A DNA stretch of 64,000 nucleotides from the human T2T-CHM13v2.0 reference genome, Homo sapiens: the NCBI RefSeq assembly GCF_009914755.1, contig NC_060928.1; one strand, 5' to 3'. Position numbers and translations under genes: made by a program. Positions 53,200 through 64,000 of the stretch are shown here, one piece after another (the stretch's first letter is position 1; every line of letters begins with the position of its first letter). The notes under the pieces are model-generated. The model searched no databases. It was not told the origin of the DNA and saw only the letters and a list, made by a program, of their open reading frames with translations.

Positions 53200-53272
53200 C
53201 TAAAAATATGTTTAAAGACACAAACAAAAATATGTTTAAAGACACTAAAAATATGTTTAAAGACACAAACAA
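53200..53272. repeat. Triplication of a perfect 20-bp core
   Basis: aaaaatatgtttaaagacac at 53202, 53226 and 53247. Confidence 0.95.
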
Positions 53273-53714
53273 TTTCCTACCAGTTATTTGAGATGCACTA
53301 TGTTGCAAGAAATTAGATACCAAAGGAGGTTTTAAGGTAGACAGTATTGGTCTATTAAATGGTCATAATTAAAGTACATCTTCTAGAAATGATACATCTG
53401 CATATTGGCAAAAAGGGTCCATCCAACTTCCTTTATACTTGCTTTGTTTAATCTGAATGGTTATTTCTTAATTTACAGGTGGGCTAGTGAAGTCCTTGAT
53501 GCCCTACATAAGACTTAACAATTCGATAATATTCATTTTTAATTATGGTATATTTTACATTCCAAAAAATCATTGCCTAAAAGTCCTTTTTGTAAGTTTG
53601 AACCCCAAAGTAGATTAAATACAGTGTGACTTTATGAATTTTTAAGAATTGTTCCATAAACTACATGTAAAAATCAATTCTAATAATTTTTAGTTAGACC
53701 TCTGTTATATATAT

Positions 53715-53800
53715 TTGAGACAGGATCTTGCTATATCACCCAAGGCTGGAGTACAGATTCAAACTCCTGGGCTCAAGCAATCCTCCCACCTCAGCCAGCC
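53715..53800 (-). mobile_element. Internally deleted AluJ/FLAM fragment
   Basis: 'tttgagacaggatcttgc...aggctggagtacag' joined to 'tcaaactcctgggctcaagcaatcctcccacctcagcc'. Confidence 0.8.
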
Positions 53801-54439
53801 ACTTCATCTATGTTCACCTCCTCCTCCTCAAGGTCTTTCAGAGAGTTCACATCACACACAGAAACTGTTCTCCAAATAACAGCACTCCCACCTGTCTTCT
53901 CAAATCTTCTGGATTTCTCTTTACAGGATTCTACATGTTTTCCAAAACTTGATAATTAAAAAAGCAGCTTTCAGTCGACAATAAACTCATGACACATACT
54001 AACAATTTATGCATTTAGCTAGTAAGTTATATCTTATATAGTTAAAATCCTTTCAGTAATTATTTCGATTCAACCAATAAGAACTGACTGGTGCCAACCA
54101 TCACTGTTAAGTGCTAGTTAACCATTTTCCCACCAGCATACCACCAGTTACAAGCAGAAGTTAATACTGACTGTAAGTGTAAACATGATATTTCTCTTTA
54201 ATCTTCTAATCAGAGAAAGTAAACATAAACTTAAAAGGCAGTGGGCATTAGGAATTGCTTTCACATGGGTAAGCCAGTACAGTAAGAATAAAACACAAAT
54301 AAAAAAGCATAATTAAGGAGAAAATCTTTTAACCCATGGCTTACTCATCCATCACATAAACTGCTTTGTAATTCTGTCCCGAATTTGTCTCTTTAAGGGA
54401 GGGAAGAGGATCATGCCCCTTCCCCTCCCATCTTTAGGA

Positions 54440-54590
54440 ATCATTCCTCTTCCTGTTGCTACATGAGTCAGCACCACTGGAAGTGGACAGCTTCCTGCTA
54501 TTTATTAAGAGGAAAGGTCTCCCCATAAACTAATATAGTGTAGATAAACCACAAACAAGGGTAAAAGATGGGCCCAAAAATGTGGTGGAC
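54440..54590. promoter_or_regulatory. Candidate enhancer: NF-E2/NRF2-MAF (AP-1) site plus ETS and RUNX motifs
   Basis: ATGAGTCAGCA at 54463-54473 (reverse complement TGCTGACTCAT); cttcctg twice, ggaagt, aaccaca and tgtggt nearby. Confidence 0.3.
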
Positions 54591-55329
54591 AGAATTAACG
54601 ACACACAAAACACAAACAACAAAAGTGCTGTTGGTGAATAAATGTCTATGTTGCTCACTGCTACAACTTTTTAAAACAAAATTTAAAATGTAACATTTTA
54701 ACTACTAACTTAGTCATTCGTAATCATTATACTATAACAAGATAATGATTAATTCACTTAATAGTTAGGAATAATGAAATTTTCTTTATTATTACTTAGG
54801 CCTAATTTGCTTCAAAGGGCTTCCCTTACACCCCGCCACTCCTCAATCACCATCCTTAGCTGATAATATGATTACATGAAACTGTTTCTAGGTTTATCTC
54901 CTCCACTATACAACTTCTATTTCTACCATCCTAGTTATAGCACTTAATACTACATACCACTTATTGAATGCCTTCAATATACTTGGCCTGTTACATTCAT
55001 TATCTCATTTATCCCATAACTACCTTAGGAAGTACTACTAGTTCCATTTTATACTTAAAGACATTGCTTAGAATTATAAATAATTATAAGAATTATAAGT
55101 ACGTGGCAGTCAGAATTTAAACCCAATTCTGTTAACCCCCAAAGCCTGGATAAATTCCAGAGACATAATGCCTCATTCTATAATATACAAGATACGTAGG
55201 ACAATAAGGCAATCATATCAAGATTCACTTATCTATTCAACAGAAATTCATCCAAGAAAAGTATGTTTTCAACATTACTGATCATTTGCATGCTTCTCTT
55301 TAGTACTGATCCTTCTCTTATGCTCAGAG

Positions 55330-55510
55330 AAGTAGCACACAAAATTATATAGTCAGACAACCTCAGTTCCTCCACTTACTTCTCCGTGCCACAGTTTCCT
55401 CACATGCAAAATGTGGACAATAATGTTATCTACCTCATGAGATTAAATGCATTAATATCTACAAAGTACTTGAAACGGTGCCTGGCACAGAGTAAGGAAG
55501 TGTTTATTAA
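55330..55510 (+). mobile_element. MIR
   Basis: 'cagtttcctcacatgcaaaatgtggacaataat...aaagtacttgaaacggtgcctggcacagagtaag'. Confidence 0.8.
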
Positions 55511-56056
55511 ACAAAAACTCTCTGTGGGTAGACTGTATCATATCTTCTTAATGGAAAACTCTGTTGATACACATGCACTTTATTTATGGAGAAATAACTT
55601 GTAACCCAAATACTTTTTAATGTTCCCTTAAGGTAAGAGAGTTAGCTGAAAGGGGACAAACAAGGAGCAAACTATTCCCAGGTAAGAACGAAAAGCTAAC
55701 AACTAAAGCAGGAAGGGAGCAGAAGAGAAACTAAATTGGCTTCAGAATTCCAAAAGAACATTCTCCAGATTGACTTTTGGTCATTTGAAGTACTATAAGA
55801 CCTTCAGATCATCCTGAGTTCAAAGGACAAGAATTTTATAAATTTTCATTATTGATCCTCCAATTCATGACTTGATAGATGTAAGTAGGATAGATATTAA
55901 TTGTTTTGAGAATACAAACTGGTATGTGTTTCTAAGTCAAGAATCTTTTTGTAACTTCCCAATACCTGTACCAAATGGTTTCTATTACTCTTAAAGAATT
56001 AACACATTTTTCATTCAGAGATTCTATTTTTAATAAAAGAAAATAATTAAAATTAC

Positions 56057-56384
<328 letters not shown>

Positions 56385-56783
56385 TTTAAAATTACATATT
56401 TTATGATGACAGTTCACATTTAAGAAACTGAATCCCAAGCATGAGTAGTTTTATCTCTCCACTTTTCAAAAATAAGCTTCAATATACATAAATCCTCTAA
56501 GGTCAGAATGAATGAAAGAATAGAATAAAAGAACTATTTAAGCAAAAATGGCCAAGAGTGACACCTCCTCTACAGAAGTAAAATAAAACGGTCAACATTG
56601 CAAATAAAAATAAAATGATGAAATAAGAAAACATCTTGGGCCAAGAAGCAATAGCAATTGGTTATATTTAACTTAAATTTTATAATTGATTTAAGTAAAA
56701 AAAAAACTAACAGCTGAAAAAAAATCTTTATACAAAGAAATTGCAGAATAACTCTTTAAGTAGCATACAGTAGATTAAAGGTT

Positions 56784-57088
56784 GGCCAGGCATGGTGTCT
56801 CATGACTGTAATCCCAGCACTTTGGGAGGCCAAGGCGGGTGATCACCTGAGGTCAGGAGTTCAAGACCAGCCTGGCCAACATGGTAAAACCCCGTATCTA
56901 CAAAAATACCAACATTAGCCGGACATGATGGCGGGTGCCTGTAATCCCAGCTACTTGGGAGGCTGAGGTGGGAGAATCACTTGAACCCAGGAGGCGGAGG
57001 TTATAGTGAGCTGAGATTGCAAGATTGCGCCACTGCACTCCAGCCTAGGCGACAGAGCAAGACTCCGTCTCAAAAATAAATAAATAAA
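56784..57088 (+). mobile_element. AluSx/Sz-like
   Basis: 'gatcacctgaggtcaggagttcaagaccagcc'; small internal duplication agattgca-agattgc. Confidence 0.95.
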
Positions 57089-58556
57089 GGAGAACTAACA
57101 TAGATGAGAAAATATGTTCATGTCTCAAATTATTTTGAGTCTTTACTCAATTAGTATTGAAGGATATTTCAGCTGTTAATTGGGCACAACATCCAAAATT
57201 AACAAATCTTCAATTATTTTATTTCAATTAATCAGATAAAAGATCTGTGAATTATTTAGTAATTTATGGCAAACTTATTCTGTACAGAAAATACTAAACC
57301 CACACTACATTCTGATTTCAAAATTTCTTATTCAACATGAGATTCTTCCAGAGTTCACAAATACTCCCTTTCTTTTTTACAAAAATCTTTTTTTCTATGT
57401 ACGTATTACAGCATGAAAGTCATGGATTACATATTTTTTTCATTTCTATAGGGAAAAAATACATGTTGTCCAATTAGTAAAATCTTTGGGAGTTTATTCT
57501 GCCTTTAAAGAAAGCTTTCCTTCCCACAAATCTAGTATATGTAATTCATTTAATGTTTAATTTCATAAATACCAATAATCAAGCTAAAGTGAAATTGCAT
57601 TTAGATCATTACAAACCTAACAGGTGCTTTCTTATAATCCAAGACACTTTAAGCAATAAAACAATTCATATGAGATAAATTGTGTGAGTAATAGCATTGA
57701 AAGCCTTTAATAAGCAATAATTGACATCTTTTTTATTAATCACAAAATGTTCAAAAGTTCAAAAATGAAACTGAATCATTTTCAGTGATTGGGCTCCAAA
57801 AAGTTAATTATTTAACATGGCAGAAAGTCTTTCACTGACCCTACTTCCTCATTAGCCTCATTATTTCCTCATAACCCTCATACTTAACGGTATATATTCT
57901 TGCCACGAAGAACATCTTTCTGATCTCTAAACTCTCTGCAGCCCTGACTCCAAGCTTCTGCAGTAATTATTCCTTTACTTTCACATCCCTTCTCTCACTA
58001 ACTTATTTGGTTAACTGCCACCCATATCTCAGGTCCTGGTTTAGTTGTCACTTCTCATAAAGCACCTTCCTGATCCTCAGGGCTGCAGGTAAGCACCTTT
58101 CCTATGTACTCTCACAGTACCATGTTCTTATCTGTAATCGCCTATAGAAAGTTATACCTTCTTTCACGTCAAATCCTTAAGAAACACGGTTGCCAGTATA
58201 TTATAACCTTGTACCACCCATATTCCTTGAGAGCACTGCATAAAAGATATAAGGCTAGGAAAATCATACTACTACCGAGCAGAAATCATTCCAATTATTT
58301 TCAAATACACGAGGCTTATCTGAGAAAAACAACAAATGACTTCAACATACTTGCATTTTTAACATTACTGAAGATAAAACCAAAGAATCAAGGTCATTCT
58401 CATATTTATCTAAAATTTAACAAAGGTCACATTTTCTTCAGAACAAAGACTCAAAATTATAAAATACTAAGCAAATGATAGTCTACCTATTCCTCTATTT
58501 AATTGCTTTTCAATTTTCTTGGCTGGAAGCTTGTTATGTGCAAGGTCACTTTTACA

Positions 58557-58954
58557 TCTTTTTTGTTTGTTTTGGGGTGGTGTGGTTTTCTTCGCTTTTT
58601 GTTTTCTGTGTGTATGTGTGGTTTTTTTTTTGTTTTTTGTTTGTTGGTTTGTTTTCTGTTTTTTGTTTTTTTTTGAGACAGGGTCCAGCTCTGTTGCCCA
58701 GACTGGAGTGCTGTGGAAATCATAGTTCACTGCAGCCTGGAACTCGAGATCCCAAGAAATTCTCCTGCCTCAGCCTCCTGCGTAGCTGGGATTAAAGGTG
58801 CACCATCATGCCCAGCTAATTTTTCTAATTTTTTTGTACAGATAAGATGTGACTATGTTTCCCAGGCTGGTCCCGAACTCCTGGCATCAAGCAATCCTCC
58901 TGCCTCAGCTTCCCAGAGCACTAGGATTACAGGCTTGAATCACCGCTCCTGGCC
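58557..58954 (-). mobile_element. AluJ with long degenerate T/G-rich tail
   Basis: Antisense Alu body 58675-58954 preceded by about 115 nt of T/GT-rich low-complexity sequence. Confidence 0.9.
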
Positions 58955-59469
58955 TTATCAAGGTTTTGTATCGAGATTACGGAAACCTGCCCATATTAAA
59001 CAATGAAGGAAACAAAAAACACCTTTAGAGAAGGACCTCCTCTGAAACTTGTAAGCTGAAGCCTCTAGAACAAAACCAAATTAATATGAGAAGTAATTGG
59101 TGTCAAGATGGTGTCTCTAATTCACAGACTCTGAAAGCATAGGTATCAACTTTTTATTTAATAAAAACTATATTATTTTTTTCTGAAAATTAAACAGTTT
59201 AAAATAGTTTCAGTCTTTAGTTCAAATTCCTCTTATGCCTTCTCAAACTTTTACACTGAATGTTTTTCATGACTTGTTTTCCATTTTTCCTCACTAGCTT
59301 TTCCCCCCACATTTGTCAGGCAGTTTGTTTACATGGTACTTTCACATACATTATCACGCAGTTCATTTCTTCACTCATCCCATCATGCATTCATGTACCA
59401 TGTATTTATCAGACATCCACTATGTACAGGAAATAGGGTTTGCCTTTGCATGTTTACCATATTAAAATA

Positions 59470-60150
59470 AAATATGTTGTTTGGAACAGTTTTAGATTTA
59501 GAGAAAAAAAAACTGAATGGTAAGTACAGAGTTCCCATTTACCCCTTTACCTCCCACACAGTTTCCCCTATGTTAACATCTTGCATTAGTACTGTATATT
59601 TGTTGAAATTAATTGCTGAGCCAGCGTTGATACGTTATTATTAACTAAAGCCCACAGTTTACATTGAGGTTCATTCTTTGTGTTACACATTCTACGGATT
59701 TCAACAAATGTATAACGACATCTATCCAGCATTATGGCTAGGACCTGATATTTTCAGGTCCTAAAAGTCCCCTGTGCTCCACCTATTCATCCCTCTTACT
59801 CCCCAGATCTACCCACTTGCCCTGGGATTCACTAACCTTTTCACTGTCACCATATTTTTGCCTTTTCCATAATATCACATAGATGGAATCATACACAGCC
59901 TTTTCAAATTCACTTCTTTCACTTACCAATTGACATCTAAGTTTTCTCCATTTCTATGTGGCTTGGTACCTCATTTCTTTATATCTCTGAATAATACCTC
60001 ATCATATGGATGTACCACAGTTTATCTATCCATTCACTTATTGAAAGACATCTCGGCTATTTGGAAATTAAAAATAAAGCTGCTGTGGACATTTGTGTAC
60101 GGGTTTTTGCGTGGACCTACATTTCCAATTCATTTAGGTAAATATCAAAA
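59470..60150 (-). mobile_element. L1MC-type 3' UTR fragment
   Basis: 'acagttttagattta...aagtacagagttcccat...ttaacatcttgcattagt...attattaactaaagcccacagtttacatt'. Confidence 0.8.
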
Positions 60151-61397
60151 AACGCATTTTAAAAATTTAATAACAAAGTTAACACTTGATTTGTTTAAAT
60201 GTCCCAATTTGACAGAAATTGCTCTTCTATTTGCATTTACTTATGAATATTCAGATAATATAGTATGCAAAAGTTTCTAATGGTTCTTGTCTCCTCAGAG
60301 GTCCATCTTGCACATTCAACTTACGCATGCCTACAATTCCTGTTAGACAAAAATAGCCATTATTTCTCTAAATGTACATAGCATAGCAAAAATGCTCCCC
60401 AAAATTTAAATCAATCTATAAATGTGCATTGGCTTTTACATTTTCCAGTGACAAACCTAAGCCAAATCAAGTCAACAATATTTATTAAGTACCTACTATG
60501 GGCAAATCACAGACCCTGCTGGCTGCAAACAGGGTTTTCTACTTGTCAGTGGTCTAAGAGTGTTCAGGATTCTGTCTACACCAGTGACTCACAATGTTCT
60601 TTAGAAGAAAATTCCATGAAAACCAAAGCAGTAAGTCATAACACTGAGATAGTGACTATATTAGTCCTATAAATCCCCTTCCTAATCTTCCTAGGATCAG
60701 TCCTGATTTTTCTTAAAGCCTATATAAAACCAGATATGTTTTTCCCAGTTCACAACATTGAATCTAGCATATAAAACTCCATTTGCTTTATACAGAGAAA
60801 GGGCCACTTCTTAATTCTGGCACCAAACATAAAAAATGAAACTTTAAAAGCTATTAGTAAAAAAAAAAAAAAAATAAATAAATTAAAAAGTTATTTTAAC
60901 TACGACTTTTAAATTCAATGTTATGAAATAAATTTAACACTGCAATTATTTTGCCATATTCAGTTTCTTAATTATAAGCTTACAATGAGGTAAGCATGTC
61001 TTTAAAATATATTCAATTTTATTTAAAGATTGCTTAGTCTACCTGTCATTTGTCAGCCCTCTGCTATTACCCCATTACCCCAAATTTTGCCTCTCACTAA
61101 CCCTCAGAATTAGGTCCATTAACTGCCCCAAAGACACCTGATCCCCTCCTCATCACTCCCTCTACCACCTTCCCAGCTGCAGTGGCTTAGAAATAGCTGC
61201 TGCTCAGAAACAGACCTCTCCATATTGAACTTGGAGCTCTCAAACTATGTTTCCTGAGACTCTTGCTCTGCTATAAAGCAGACTGCGGATACCACAGAGG
61301 TGGAATATTAACTTCATTGTGTCCTGAAAAACAACTGATCATGAAGGCCAACCAGGCCTACCCATAATTCTGAGGTGTGTCGGCAATGTTATATATA

Positions 61398-61491
61398 GGT
61401 AGGGTTTGCGTGGGCAGTCCCAGTTTATGTCTGTTACAACTTTTATCTTCAAAGCATCCTGATTTACACAATAAATTAGAAGTTCACCCTG
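61398..61491 (-). mobile_element. MER94-like fragment
   Basis: 'gcagtcccagtttatgtctgtt...cctgatttacacaataaatta...tcaccct'. Confidence 0.5.
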
Positions 61492-62189
61492 GTCATAAGC
61501 ACCCCTTCATTCTACACATTCACTTTACATTTTCCCTACCATCCCTTTAAACAATCACCCCCGTGGACATCTGGCCCCCTTTGTGCCACTGGCTATCAAA
61601 ACTTTCTGAGCTTTAACTACAAGGATTCTGTAGCCACCACTTTTCATACACACTATATTCTATGCAGGCCCATTTTTAAATATGACAGATTTGTTTTATG
61701 AAAACCGATCAATTTCCCAATAAAGCCTTTCTCTTCCAAACTAAAAAATGTAATTAAAATGTCTTGCATCAGACTTAGAAGCATAAAATTACCAGAAATA
61801 AATCACAAACCAATCACCTTCTCACTGAAAAAAGTTAGGACAATGTTCTAAAGTCAAAAATAGCAATTGTTACAGAATTAATAGTAAAGATGAGTGCCTA
61901 GAATTAAAAAAGAAAAGGGTAGCCACACACACACACAATTCAATTACATTTTACAAATGGCAAGGTCAAAAAAAAATGTGTGATCCAAGAGCAGCAAATG
62001 GATGAGTAACAGTAAGGCAGAGGTTCAAGGTGAGAAACAAGTTTGGGGTAGCTTAATTAAGGATCTAAGGAATGACATTTAGAAAGCAGAATAAAGTAAC
62101 AGGCAGGAGAAAGGCTGCAGGAGGTCCTAGAGAGTTAGAAGCAGAGTAAGAGCCAGTAAGCAGTTGACCAACATCAGATACCTGACTCT

Positions 62190-62600
62190 GCTGTGCTTGT
62201 GGGGCAGCCAATGATCAATTAGAATTTCCGTTAGTAAAGAGTGGGAAAAAGCATTCCCATGACTCACATGGGATAATTGCTAAATGGTTAATGCTGTATA
62301 TAACTGCGTATTTTGTATCAGAATAAGTACAGCCCTCCAAAAGATAACTTGCAGAGTCATTCATCAGCTTCAACTGAGCAGCCTGATTGAAACCAGCTGA
62401 GCCAATGACATCACCACAGGCTTTTTACTATAAAAAGGGCAAGCTCTGTGAGGTCAGGAAGTAGAACTAAGCTCCGTGAACAGAAGCCAAGCTGAAAGAG
62501 GGAAGAGCCAAGAGAAGTTCAGAGAAGAGACTCATTCCAAGAAGAAGCTAGAATGAGCAATTTGCTCAGAGACAGCTGCAGAAGAAAAAGGCACACAATG
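62190..62600 (+). promoter_or_regulatory. LTR-like promoter module (CCAAT, CRE-like, TATA)
   Basis: CCAAT 62402, TGACATCA 62406-62413, TATAAAAA 62429-62436, TGACTCA at about 62260, then a purine-rich tract. Confidence 0.35.
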
Positions 62601-62769
62601 GAAATCTTCCTTTAAGAATAAGGGGCTGCTGTTTCTCACTAAAGAAGTAAGTTATCTAAAGTGAAGTTTCAAAGGAGAAATTGACGGAAGCACTTTCACA
62701 TTTTCAGTTCCTGGAACTGAAATCAACTATAACATCATCGTGGTAGTAATGTTCATGTAGTCTTTTCCC

Positions 62770-64000
<1,231 letters not shown>

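Noticed and set aside
53200-53272. CRISPR-like direct repeats
   Set aside because: Spacers of 1-4 nt, no cas genes, human DNA; a simple duplication.

Overview
AT-rich, repeat-dotted human non-coding DNA, most likely deep inside one long intron. A full-length AluYb8 at 31637-31938 marks it as human. I could not recognise any known protein-coding exon, RNA gene, CpG island or gene symbol. The supplied ORFs are chance ORFs or repeat translations, one being a decayed L1 ORF2 C-terminus. Supportable content: about 11 Alus or Alu fragments, 3 L1 3' fragments, several L2 and MIR relics, hAT/Tigger DNA transposons, an LTR16-type solo LTR, microsatellites and small tandem duplications. By eye the + strand has A>T and C>G, suggesting a host transcript on the - strand (inference). 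Best leads: (i) a candidate + strand spliced transcript whose two best exons (42081-42188, 51818-~51945) join in frame into a 56-codon ORF ending at a poly(A) signal; (ii) a minimal retrotransposition scar (5 nt + A18 between perfect 16-bp TSDs); (iii) Alus with internal fold-back inversions; (iv) candidate - strand microexons and alternative first exons. No new multi-gene system is supported, and all exon and regulatory calls are motif-level hypotheses.
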